DNA from: a virus
Lineage: Duplodnaviria > Heunggongvirae > Uroviricota > Caudoviricetes
Length of the DNA stretch: 42,565 bases
IMG/VR virus record: IMGVR_UViG_2654588006_000002
Strand: one strand, 5' to 3'
Shown in pieces: positions 8,897 through 17,440 of the stretch (the first letter of the stretch is position 1; every line of letters begins with the position of its first letter). A program made the translations under genes and the position numbers. The notes under the pieces are model-generated. The model was not told the DNA's origin, did not search any database, and was given only the letters and a program-made list of their open reading frames with translations.

Positions 8897-9350
8897 GCAG
8901 CAAATCCGGCAGGTCTTCCGCCAGTGCATGGACCGCTGCCGGGCGGGTGAAACATGGCCTCCGGACCTGGCTGAGTTTGTGGCACTGATTTCGGAAAGCG
9001 GAGCCAATCCATTCGGTCTGACGGTGGATGCTGTGATGGAGGAGTACCGTCGCTGGCGCAATGAGTCCTGGCAATACGACGGAAGTGATAAGTACCCGTG
9101 GTCTCAGCCTGTGCTGTATCACATTTGCCTCGAGATGCGTTCAAAGGGGATTGAGCGCCAGATGACCGAAGGGGAATTAAAACGGCTTGCAGAACGGCAG
9201 CTGACGAAATGGGCAAAGCATGTTAGTAACGGCCTGAGCGTTCCGCCAGTCCGGCGACAACTGGCGGCACCCAAACGCCCGTCGGGGCCAACGCCAATTG
9301 AGTTGCTGAAACAGGAATATGAACGCCGGAAAGCGGCTGGTTTTGTTTGA
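8688..9350 (+). CDS. Replication protein P-like (helicase loader)
   Basis: C-terminal half aligns by eye with lambda P (DKYPWSQPVLYHICLEMRS vs lambda AESYPWKSNAHYWLVTNLY; EGELKRLAERQL vs DAELRRKAADEL); strong GGGGGAG RBS before ATG 8688; overlaps the O-like gene by 209 nt in another frame. Confidence 0.7.
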   Translation: MQQQVAPHHGQFRKFGQHVSSGNVKTDLSATETAWKLWELMGDVYSNRWTQKNGVAPSKLWIAQIGAMTEQQIRQVFRQCMDRCRAGETWPPDLAEFVALISESGANPFGLTVDAVMEEYRRWRNESWQYDGSDKYPWSQPVLYHICLEMRSKGIERQMTEGELKRLAERQLTKWAKHVSNGLSVPPVRRQLAAPKRPSGPTPIELLKQEYERRKAAGFV

Positions 9351-9385
9351 GTTGAGAAGTGATTTTTTACCGGGAGGAAATTTTA

Positions 9386-9652
9386 ATGGAGACTGTTTTT
9401 GACGCACTGAAAGCAATGAGAAAAGCCACATCCGTACAACTGGCTGCGCGACTTGGTATCAGTCGTGAAGAAGTGCTGAACGAACTGTGGGAACTGAAAA
9501 AGGCTGGTTTCGTTGATAAAGGTGTGTACACCTGGCATGTGGCTGCTAGCAATGTTCAGCAAGAAGAACCGGAACTACCGACAGTGAAGAAAGAACATTC
9601 ATTTCATCCTAAAGCCCCGGAAAGTGGAGTATGGGATGGTCGTGGTATTTGA
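9386..9652 (+). CDS. Hypothetical small protein, winged-helix-like
   Basis: From Met10 of ORF 9359..9652 with [52 protein letters not shown]. Confidence 0.5.
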   Translation: METVFDALKAMRKATSVQLAARLGISREEVLNELWELKKAGFVDKGVYTWHVAASNVQQEEPELPTVKKEHSFHPKAPESGVWDGRGI

Positions 9653-10067
9653 GGCTATATACGTCAACCACTGAGAACTCAACTAGAACGGTAACCATGA
9701 CAGTTTGGAGAACGTTAGCGTCCGGCGTTTGATGTTCGCTTTGCGCCTGAGGCTGTCTTGGTAATAGGAGCATGTTGTCAAAAGATGTCTCTTGCAACTA
9801 TCACATCGGGGATTTTAAGTGTATGCACTTAACGTTACTTTATTTTGAATAGTATAAAAATTCTCTATAAAAACAATGCATTACAATTGTTAAAAAACCA
9901 CGTTGTAGACTTTTGGTGTTATGTGTGTTGTAGAAAAATACCTATATTAATCAAATGATTATGGTTTTTAGATGAGTGAGCCAAAAAAAATTATATATAA
10001 GTTTGTGATTTTTTCACACAAGCACTAGAATGTTCTGATGCAAGTTAAGTTGTTTATGGAGGTTAGG

Positions 10068-11381
10068 ATGTTTGTTCAATTTTCTTTTAAAAATTATTTG
10101 TCGTTTAAAGATGAATCAACTCTATCGATGCTTGCCGCGAAAATTAAGTCTAAAGATAAAGGTTTAGATAAACGCGCGGTGTTTAATGCTTTTCCTGATG
10201 TTGATCTTTTAAAAGCAGCCGTTATATATGGTGCAAATGGAAGTGGAAAAAGCAATATCTTTTCTGCTTTATCTTTCATGAAGAGAATGGTGATCAATTC
10301 TTCAAAAGAATCTCAAGCAGATGAAGATATAAATGTTCTTCCATTTAAGTTAAATCCAAGGTTTGAGGATGAGCCTTCGGCTTTTGAAATGATATTTATA
10401 ATTAATAACAAACTTTACGAGTATACGTTTGCTGCTGTTCGAAATAAAATCACATCAGAAACATTATCTGTAATCGAAAAGAACAGAGATGAAGTGATTT
10501 TGTTCGAGAGAAATATGAAAGAAATAAAGGTACACAAACAGTTCAAAGAAGGTATTGGTTTAGAAAAAAGAACCAGGAAAAATGCGTTGTTCTTATCTGT
10601 CTGTGCTAATTTTGATGGCGAGGTATCTAAATCGGTAATTAGATGGTTTAGAAAAATTAGAGTTATTCAAGGTATGAGTGACATAGGTTATCTGCCATTT
10701 ACTGTGAAACTTTTGGATGATGATAATAAACGTAAAAAAATAAAATCAATTATTGATATGTTCGATCTCGATATTGTCAATATATCTAAGAGCCAAATTC
10801 AGCAGACAGAGAAAAAAGAAAATGAGCTTTTAGATGCGATATTTTCAACTATAAAAAAAGATTCAAGATTTAAAAATGTGTCTTTACCTCAGTCTAATCC
10901 ACTAGGTATCTCAACTACCCATAACCGTTTCAATGACGAAGGTGTTTTTGTAGATACAATTAATTTTGAGTTAAATGAAAACGAATCTGAAGGAACAAAA
11001 AAGCTCATTGCATTGGCTGGCCCTTTAATGGATACCTTTGACAACTCATATATATTGTTTATCGATGAGTTTGATGCAAGGCTTCATCCTTTGATTACTA
11101 AACAAATTGTTAGGATGTTCAATAGTTTAGATATCAATAAAAATAATGCGCAATTGGTAGTCGCAACGCATGATACAAATCTTTTAGATAAAGATGAGTT
11201 ACGTAGAGATCAGATATGGTTTGCGGAAAAGGACTCATTGGGTGGGTCGCATTTAAAACAACTAGTTGAATATAAAGTTAGGAACGACGCATCTTATCGA
11301 AAAGGGTATTTTGAAGGCGATTTTGGCGCTATTCCTATGTTGGGTGAGCCAGATATAATTTTTGATTCAGAATTAAATTAA
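10068..11381 (+). CDS. AAA_21/ABC-type ATPase (AbiLi-like), 437 aa
   Basis: GGAGG RBS 5 nt before ATG 10068; Walker A GANGSGKSN; signature-like ESEGTKK; Walker B ILFIDEFDARLHP; H-loop VVATHD; strongly AT-rich coding sequence. Confidence 0.85.
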   Translation: MFVQFSFKNYLSFKDESTLSMLAAKIKSKDKGLDKRAVFNAFPDVDLLKAAVIYGANGSGKSNIFSALSFMKRMVINSSKESQADEDINVLPFKLNPRFEDEPSAFEMIFIINNKLYEYTFAAVRNKITSETLSVIEKNRDEVILFERNMKEIKVHKQFKEGIGLEKRTRKNALFLSVCANFDGEVSKSVIRWFRKIRVIQGMSDIGYLPFTVKLLDDDNKRKKIKSIIDMFDLDIVNISKSQIQQTEKKENELLDAIFSTIKKDSRFKNVSLPQSNPLGISTTHNRFNDEGVFVDTINFELNENESEGTKKLIALAGPLMDTFDNSYILFIDEFDARLHPLITKQIVRMFNSLDINKNNAQLVVATHDTNLLDKDELRRDQIWFAEKDSLGGSHLKQLVEYKVRNDASYRKGYFEGDFGAIPMLGEPDIIFDSELN

Positions 11382-11408
11382 TATTTATAATTTTTGCTGA
11401 GGTTAAAA

Positions 11409-11999
11409 ATGAAATTAAAACAAAGGAACGTTGGCAGCAAAGATATTGAGAAAAAAATTCTTATTGTTTGTGAGGGGGCACGAACAGAACCGTCATACTT
11501 TAAAAAGTTTAAAGCAAATGCAAAATGTGAGGTAGTGGGGGCTGGTTGTAATACTGTTAGTGTTGTTGAAAAAGCATTAGACATGTTCTCTACAGGGAAG
11601 TTTAAAGAAGCGTGGTGTGTTTTTGATAGAGATTCTTTCACTAAGGACAGAGTTAAGTCTGCGCTTGCATTAGCACGAAAAAACAATATAAATATAGCAT
11701 TTTCTAATGAGTCGTTTGAGTTGTGGTATGTTTTGCATTTTGCATATTTAGATACAAAAATTACTCGTGGAGATTATGTGAAGGCGCTAACTGGTTATTT
11801 GGGGAAACCGTACAAAAAGAATGATGATAATATGTATCAAATACTGCTTAAGAATCAGCACAAGGCTATAGAGAGAGCGAAACGTCTTTATAATGAAATG
11901 TTGCCTCCGGGAGCTTGTGAGTGCGACTCTTATCCTTATACTACTATTCATACATTAGTTGAAAGATTAAATAAGTTAGGGCGGGAAATCGGCTCTTAA
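11409..11999 (+). CDS. RloB-like protein (AbiLii-like partner of the ATPase), 196 aa
   Basis: ATG 11409 with GAGG RBS, 27 nt after the ATPase stop; N-terminal KILIVCEGARTEPSYFKKF matches the RloB-family signature as recalled; AT-rich. Confidence 0.7.
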   Translation: MKLKQRNVGSKDIEKKILIVCEGARTEPSYFKKFKANAKCEVVGAGCNTVSVVEKALDMFSTGKFKEAWCVFDRDSFTKDRVKSALALARKNNINIAFSNESFELWYVLHFAYLDTKITRGDYVKALTGYLGKPYKKNDDNMYQILLKNQHKAIERAKRLYNEMLPPGACECDSYPYTTIHTLVERLNKLGREIGS

Positions 12000-12783
12000 T
12001 TAAAACTTATTACTTGACTGTCATATTGACTTATAAGGGTGTAGATATTAAAGATCTATACCTTTTTAATTATGTGGCTTTTAATGGTGTGTTTAGCAGA
12101 TGAATAGTTTTTGCTGTTTTGAATGTAGTTTTATTGCAAAAGGTTCGTTGTGCTTAGGGGGTATTTAAAAGTATACAAGAATAATTTTGAGCTAGTAATA
12201 TAATTTGCTGTATCTCCGTTGTCACTTCCAGTTATTAAAAAATGGAAGCTGGAAATTTTCTTTTTTACAGATTGTTATATATTTACTTTTTGTTCGCAAT
12301 GGTCCTTTGGAACTGTGAGATGATTGGTTTGTTCTTAAAACGAATCCAGACTGCTTATTAACCTCATATCCAATTGTATGGATATATTTCGATACATTGA
12401 GGTTGTTACTGGGTAGTTTGAAAATAATTATGCAAAATATCAGTTTGAGTCTGGAGAGCACATTTAAATAAGTGCTAATGATGTCTGATAGTTGTGCTCC
12501 ATGCTTCACAGAAAAACCAGAGGAATAAATAGTTGCATTGAATCACTGACGAGACAGCCTCATATTTATCAGGAGTGGTGTACGTCCAATACAGGAGGTT
12601 GTCGTGCTGGTTCTCAAATGTGCGCTGGCTATTGCGGCTGTAATGGCAATTTATTGTCTTGCTGTTGTTCTTATGGATCGCTTTTCTGATTGCTTTTAAT
12701 TGGCGAGATGACGGGAGTTAAGTAGAATGGCTGTGGGTGCTTGAGGCTATCTGCCTCGGGCATGAACACCAATGGCAGATAGA

Positions 12784-12855
12784 GAAAAGCCCCAGTTAAC
12801 ATTACGCGTCCTGCAAGACGCTTAACATTAATCTGAGGCTCAATCTATGAACGGC
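12784..12855 (-). ncRNA. Putative Sok-like antisense RNA of the hok locus (approximate)
   Basis: Minus-strand promoter-like TTGCCT-17 nt-TAACCT overlapping the mok/hok translation-initiation region; minus-strand hairpin GCGTC-TTGCAG-GACGC (plus 12806-12821) then a U-rich run; by analogy with hok/sok loci. Confidence 0.3.
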
Positions 12856-12903
12856 AAATCTAGGTTAGCCTCTTACGTGCCGAAAGGCAAGGAGAAGCAG
12901 GCT

Positions 12904-13059
12904 ATGAAGCAGCAAAAGGCGATGTTAATCGCCCTGATCGTCATCTGTTTAACCGTCATAGTGACGGCACTGGTAACGAGGAAAGACCTCTGCGAGGTAC
13001 GAATCCGAACCGGCCAGACGGAGGTCGCTGTCTTCACAGCTTACGAATCTGAGGAGTAA
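12904..13059 (+). CDS. hok: Hok/Gef family type I toxin, 51 aa; in-frame mok-like upstream start at 12847
   Basis: MKQQKAMLIALIVICLTVIVTALVTRKDLCEVRIRTGQTEVAVFTAYESEE resembles Hok; AAGGAG RBS; leader has GCTTGAGGC...TCTGCCTC and AGCCTCTTAC elements resembling hok mRNA. Confidence 0.85.
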   Translation: MKQQKAMLIALIVICLTVIVTALVTRKDLCEVRIRTGQTEVAVFTAYESEE

Positions 13060-13128
13060 GAGACCCGGCGGGGGAGAAATCCCTCGCCACCTCTGATGTG
13101 TCAGGCATTCTCAACGCACCCGCATTTA

Positions 13129-13160
13129 ACCCGCTTCGGCGGGTTTTTGTTTTTATTTTC
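13129..13160 (+). terminator. Intrinsic terminator after hok
   Basis: CCCGC-TTCG-GCGGG hairpin followed by TTTTTGTTTTTATTTT. Confidence 0.6.
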
Positions 13161-13279
13161 AACGCGTTTGAAGTTCTGGGCGGTGCCGGAATAGAATCAA
13201 AAATACTTAAGTAGCGCGCAGGGATAAGAGGGATGGACCCCGAACAGGGGAGTGCTATTTATCTGGAAGGATTCTGTTG

Positions 13280-13540
13280 ATGAAAATCGAAGAATTACGT
13301 GAAATTTTTACTGAAGATGGCCTCTATACTGTGCGCGTTGAGAATGGTGCTATTGTCAGTCACTGCCGTATTAAATGTTTACAATCTAAACAAAGGAAGA
13401 GTGGAGCTGCGTTAATTTATTTTGTGGATGAACTTGTGACAGATGGTTTTATTTTGCGTGAAAATGAATTTGTCACATCATTGCAGTCTCTGAAAGAAGC
13501 TGGGCTTAAGGCTGGTTTTTCTGCTTTTGAAGATGAGTAA
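13280..13540 (+). CDS. Hypothetical protein
   Basis: 86-aa ORF with GGAAGG upstream of ATG 13280; no recognisable motif. Confidence 0.4.
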   Translation: MKIEELREIFTEDGLYTVRVENGAIVSHCRIKCLQSKQRKSGAALIYFVDELVTDGFILRENEFVTSLQSLKEAGLKAGFSAFEDE

Positions 13541-13606
13541 ATTCATCTACAATTCAGCACAGGGCTGAACCCCTGTTGAGTAACACTGTGCCACCGGAGA
13601 AAACCG

Positions 13607-13885
13607 ATGGCGCAAAATTCCAGACCACACAATTCTGATAATTCAGCCGTCTTTGCCAGCAGGCACGGGCGGCGTTCTCATGCATTCAAATATGACTGGT
13701 ACCAGCATGACCCATGCACTGAAGAACAGGCCGAATGGCTGATTCAGAACTACCGCAGGCGTGGGTATGAGTTTAGGAAAGCCCTCAGCCTCGATTATCG
13801 TCACTGGATAATCTACGTCAGGCTCCCTTATTCCGAACGCCCACCGCGTCCGTCCCGCACATTCCAGCAACGCATCTGGAGGTAA
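13607..13885 (+). CDS. Hypothetical phage protein
   Basis: 92-aa ORF with GGAGA RBS; stop 1 nt before the DUF968 gene start. Confidence 0.45.
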   Translation: MAQNSRPHNSDNSAVFASRHGRRSHAFKYDWYQHDPCTEEQAEWLIQNYRRRGYEFRKALSLDYRHWIIYVRLPYSERPPRPSRTFQQRIWR

Positions 13886-13886
13886 C

Positions 13887-14936
13887 GTGCGGATATTACT
13901 TCGACCTGTTCTGGTACCGGAACTTGGGCTGGTGGTCCTTAGGCCGGGCCGTGAATCCATGCAAGTATTTCATAACCCTCGAGTGCTGGTGGAGCCGGAA
14001 CCAAAAAGCATGCGCGGTCTGCCGTCCGGAGTCGTTCCTGCCGTTCGCCAGCCGCTGGCGGAGGATAAATCATTACTGCCATTTTTCAGCGATGAGCGGG
14101 TGATTCGTGCTGCTGGCGGCGCTGGTGCACTGTCTGACTGGCTGTTGCGTCATGTCAAATCCTGCCAGTGGCCTCATGGTGACTATCATCACAGTGAAAC
14201 CGTCATACATCGTTACGGTACCGGTGCGATGGTGTTGTGCTGGCACTGCGACAACCAGCTGCGTGACCAGACCTCTGAATCACTCGGGCAACTTGCTCAT
14301 CAAAACCTGTCAGCATGGATGATTGACGTCATACGCCATGCAATGAATGGCACACAGGAGCGGGAATTATCTCTGGCTGAATTATCCTGGTGGGCGGTCC
14401 GCAATCAGGTGGCGGACGCGCTACCGGAAGCTGTATTACGTCGTTCACTGGGGTTGCGTGCGGAAAAAATCCGCTCCTTGTACCGCGAAAGCGACATCGT
14501 ACCGGGAGAGCAGACCGCCACCAGCATACTGAAGCAGCGCACAAAAAATCTTGCGCCGTTGCTTCACACCCACCAGCCACAGAACCCAGCACAGGAAAAG
14601 GCGGTGGTCAGCATTACCGTTGATCCGGAGTCTCCGGAATCTTTCATGAGGCGACCTAAACGTCGCCGTTGGGTAAATGAGAAATATACGAGCTGGGTGA
14701 AGACACAGCCGTGTGCGTGTTGTGGTCAGCCAGCCGACGATCCCCATCACCTGATTGGTCACGGTCAGGGAGGGATGGGAACAAAGGCCCACGATATTTT
14801 CACGCTACCGCTGTGTCGGGAGCATCACAACGAGCTTCATGCGGATCCGCTGGCGTTCGAAGAAAAGCATGGTTCCCAGATTGATTTAATTTTTCGTTTT
14901 CTTGATCACGCCTTTGCAACCGGCGTGCTCGGGTAA
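13887..14936 (+). CDS. DUF968 (YdfU-like) protein with C-terminal HNH-like zinc-binding motif
   Basis: 349-aa ORF, GTG start with GGAGG RBS; C-terminus CACCGQPADDPHHLIGHG...LCREHHNELH; same size and nin-region position as Qin YdfU. Confidence 0.7.
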   Translation: MRILLRPVLVPELGLVVLRPGRESMQVFHNPRVLVEPEPKSMRGLPSGVVPAVRQPLAEDKSLLPFFSDERVIRAAGGAGALSDWLLRHVKSCQWPHGDYHHSETVIHRYGTGAMVLCWHCDNQLRDQTSESLGQLAHQNLSAWMIDVIRHAMNGTQERELSLAELSWWAVRNQVADALPEAVLRRSLGLRAEKIRSLYRESDIVPGEQTATSILKQRTKNLAPLLHTHQPQNPAQEKAVVSITVDPESPESFMRRPKRRRWVNEKYTSWVKTQPCACCGQPADDPHHLIGHGQGGMGTKAHDIFTLPLCREHHNELHADPLAFEEKHGSQIDLIFRFLDHAFATGVLG

Positions 14937-14948
14937 AAGAGGTTACTG

Positions 14949-15308
14949 ATGCGTATAGAGTTTGTTTTGCCTTACCCGCCAACGGTGAACACCTACTGGC
15001 GGCGTCGTGGCAGCACATATTTTGTATCAAAAGTCGGTGAGCGTTATCGCCGTGATGTGGCGCTTATTGTTCGCCAGCAGCAACTGAAATTAAACCTGTC
15101 CGGAAGGCTGGCGATAAAGATTATTGCAGAGCCACCGGATAAGCGCCGTCGTGACCTGGACAATATCCTGAAGGCACCACTGGATGCGCTGACGCATGCC
15201 GGACTACTTATAGACGACGAGCAGTTTGATGAAATCAATATTGTGCGCGGTCAGCTCGTTCCTGGTGGGCGGCTGGGGATAAAAATCACAGAACTGGAGT
15301 GCGCATGA
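14949..15308 (+). CDS. rusA: Holliday junction resolvase RusA
   Basis: MRIEFVLPYPPTVNTYWRRRG...RRDLDNILKAPLDALTHAGLLIDDEQ, classic RusA. Confidence 0.9.
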   Translation: MRIEFVLPYPPTVNTYWRRRGSTYFVSKVGERYRRDVALIVRQQQLKLNLSGRLAIKIIAEPPDKRRRDLDNILKAPLDALTHAGLLIDDEQFDEINIVRGQLVPGGRLGIKITELECA

Positions 15309-15994
15309 ATAACCAGTATTTACAGTTTGTGCGTGAGCAGCTCATTATCGCCACCGCTGATTTGAGTGGGGCAACAAAAGGTCAGCTTGAAGCCTGGCAG
15401 GAGAATGCCATGTTCGATACAGGGCGTTACAGGCGAAAAAAAATCCGGTACCGCGATGAAGTGACTGGAAAAATGATAACGCGGGATAATCCACCAATCC
15501 CGGGAAAACAATCACTGGCGAATGGCTCATCAATTGCCCTGGTCAGCCCGGTTGAGTTTTCGACATCATCATGGCGGCGGGCTTTGCTGTCTCTTGAAGA
15601 GCATCATAAAGCCTGGTTGTTGTGGTGTTACGGCGAGAGTATTTGTTGGGAATATCAGATCGCGATAACACAGTGGGCGTGGAATGAATTTAATACTCAA
15701 TCCGGTACCAGAAAAATTGCAGGGAAAACGCAGGAACGCCTGAAAAAATTAATCTGGCTGGCGGCGCAGGCAGTAAAAGCAGAACTTTTTGGTGGGGAAG
15801 GTTATGAATACCAGGAGCTGGCATTACTGGCGGGAGTGACAACTAAAAACTGGTCCAAAACATTTACTCGTCACTGGGTTGCAATGAAACACATTTTTCA
15901 ACGACTGGATAGTGAGGCTTTATTGTTTGTAATGAGAACACGTTCAAAACAAAAGGCGGCATTTTCAAAGCAAAGTGTTGCAAAAGTAGATTGA
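15305..15994 (+). CDS. Late-gene antitermination protein Q-like
   Basis: ATG overlaps the rusA stop (ATGA); directly upstream of the tR'-like terminator, tRNAs and lysis genes. Confidence 0.7.
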   Translation: MNNQYLQFVREQLIIATADLSGATKGQLEAWQENAMFDTGRYRRKKIRYRDEVTGKMITRDNPPIPGKQSLANGSSIALVSPVEFSTSSWRRALLSLEEHHKAWLLWCYGESICWEYQIAITQWAWNEFNTQSGTRKIAGKTQERLKKLIWLAAQAVKAELFGGEGYEYQELALLAGVTTKNWSKTFTRHWVAMKHIFQRLDSEALLFVMRTRSKQKAAFSKQSVAKVD

Positions 15995-16057
15995 AAGGCA
16001 TATATTTCATGCAAATCTGATATTTTGCCGATTTTGTACGTGATGGCAAAAGCAAAC

Positions 16058-16087
16058 AAAACCCGCCCACAAGCGGGTTTTTTTGTG
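16058..16087 (+). terminator. Intrinsic terminator about 65 nt after Q (tR'-like)
   Basis: CCCGC-CCACAA-GCGGG hairpin followed by TTTTTTTGTG. Confidence 0.6.
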
Positions 16088-16204
16088 CCACTTATCTCGG
16101 ATAGACATGGTGAATGCGCTGGTGGAGGAGCTAAGGGTGATTTTTAACCAGGTGATTTTTGAATGCTTGCAACATTGATTTCGTAACGTTATTATCCTGC
16201 GCCC

Positions 16205-16280
16205 GGCCCTTTAGCTCAGTGGTGAGAGCGAGCGACTCATAATCGCCAGGTCGCTGGTTCAAATCCAGCAAGGGCCACCA
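16205..16280 (+). tRNA. tRNA with CAU anticodon, tRNA-Ile2 (lysidine) type or Met
   Basis: GGCCCTTTAGCTCAGTGGTGAGAGCGAGCGACTCATAATCGCCAGGTCGCTGGTTCAAATCCAGCAAGGGCCACCA; 7-bp acceptor stem, U8, loop CTCATAA; resembles E. coli ileX-type tRNA from memory. Confidence 0.85.
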
Positions 16281-16281
16281 A

Positions 16282-16358
16282 CCGTCACCAGTTCATCAGG
16301 AAAGAGCGTCAACCCTTTAAGTTGAGTGTGCGAGGTTCGAGTCCCCGGTGGCGGTCCA
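16282..16358 (+). tRNA. Atypical tRNA-like gene (anticodon-loop CCTTTAA, UUU/Lys-like; C1, C8, C33), possibly a pseudo-tRNA
   Basis: Folds by eye as a cloverleaf (acceptor CCGTCAC/GTGGCGG with G-U, anticodon stem TCAAC/GTTGA, TPsiC GGTTCGAGTCC, 3' CCA) but lacks the near-invariant U8 and U33. Confidence 0.45.
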
Positions 16359-16360
16359 GT

Positions 16361-16436
<76 letters not shown>

Positions 16437-16439
16437 TAT

Positions 16440-16514
<75 letters not shown>

Positions 16515-16520
16515 GTTAGA

Positions 16521-16646
16521 GTCTTTCAGTCTGCGATGATGGGAAATCCCGGAGTGACTGAAAGACGTTTAAGTTATGAATGATCGCTTTTTTTTGCAAA
16601 ATTGCTGTGCAGAAATACTAACCTTCGGGCAGGCGATCATTCATAA
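16521..16646. repeat. Two consecutive perfect inverted repeats between the tRNA cluster and the holin gene
   Basis: 11-bp arms GTCTTTCAGTC/GACTGAAAGAC (16521-16531, 16556-16566); 14-bp arms TTATGAATGATCGC/GCGATCATTCATAA (16574-16587, 16633-16646). Confidence 0.6.
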
Positions 16647-16721
16647 GCACTCTGCTTTTATTCCGATTAACTGTGGGTGGTTTGTTGGATAGAGTGCTTT
16701 CCTTACTGTATATATTGTTTC

Positions 16722-16745
16722 GCCCGCTTTTGCGGGCTTTTCTTT
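16722..16745 (+). terminator. Intrinsic terminator-like hairpin upstream of the holin
   Basis: GCCCGC-TTTT-GCGGGC followed by TTTTCTTTT. Confidence 0.5.
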
Positions 16746-16806
16746 TCAAATCCCTTTCATTTCTCAGTGTAAAACTACGCCATCCGTTATTTGCGGAGGT
16801 GAGGCT

Positions 16807-17022
16807 ATGAAATCCATGGACAAAATTTCAACGGGCATTGCCTATGGCACCTCCGCAGGCAGTGCTGGCTACTGGTTTTTACAGTGGCTTGATCAGGTCA
16901 GTCCGTCACAGTGGGCTGCGATTGGTGTACTGGGGAGTCTGGTTCTGGGCTTCCTGACTTATCTGACAAATCTGTACTTCAAAATCAGAGAAGACAAGCG
17001 TAAGGCTGCACGGGGAGAGTAA
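16807..17022 (+). CDS. S: Phage-21-type pinholin/antiholin S21 (dual start MKSMDK)
   Basis: [71 protein letters not shown], near-identical to S21 as recalled. Confidence 0.9.
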   Translation: MKSMDKISTGIAYGTSAGSAGYWFLQWLDQVSPSQWAAIGVLGSLVLGFLTYLTNLYFKIREDKRKAARGE

Positions 17023-17026
17023 TTCA

Positions 17027-17377
17027 ATGACTCAAAACTATGAACTGATTGTGAAAGGGATCCGCAATTTTGAGAATAAAGTTACGGTAACTTTAGCGTT
17101 ACGGGACAAAAAACGCTTTGACGGTGAAATTTTTGACCTGGACATCTCGCTGGACCGTGTTGAAGGTGCCGCGCTGGGGTTTTATGAGGCAGCAGCCAGA
17201 AGGAGCATCAGACAGGTCTTCCTGGATGTTGCTGCCGGGTTATGTGAAGGGGATGAGCAGTCGCCGGAAAAGCGCCCCGTAATTTTAGAGGCGCAGAATG
17301 TGTGGATAACCTACAAAGGAAAGCTACCAGGAAGAATTACTGGTTCTCTGAAGACTCCTCCGGAATCACAACCTTAA
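17027..17377 (+). CDS. Hypothetical soluble protein inserted between holin and endolysin
   Basis: 116-aa ORF, ATG 5 nt after the S stop with GGGGAGAG RBS; no TM segment; no recognisable motif. Confidence 0.5.
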   Translation: MTQNYELIVKGIRNFENKVTVTLALRDKKRFDGEIFDLDISLDRVEGAALGFYEAAARRSIRQVFLDVAAGLCEGDEQSPEKRPVILEAQNVWITYKGKLPGRITGSLKTPPESQP

Positions 17378-17440
17378 GTCACTGACCGGAACAGATAAAC
17401 CTGTCCGTGGGCAGAAACCGATAAATCCTGATAAATATCC

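Noticed and set aside
12222-12689. ORFs of 95 aa (minus) and 65 aa (plus, Cys-rich) in the AT-rich spacer
   Set aside because: Low-complexity translations of AT-rich DNA without convincing start signals; kept only as part of the spacer finding
16515-16806. Possible Shiga toxin or other toxin cargo between the tRNAs and the holin
   Set aside because: No ORF of any size with toxin-like features; only structured noncoding DNA is present
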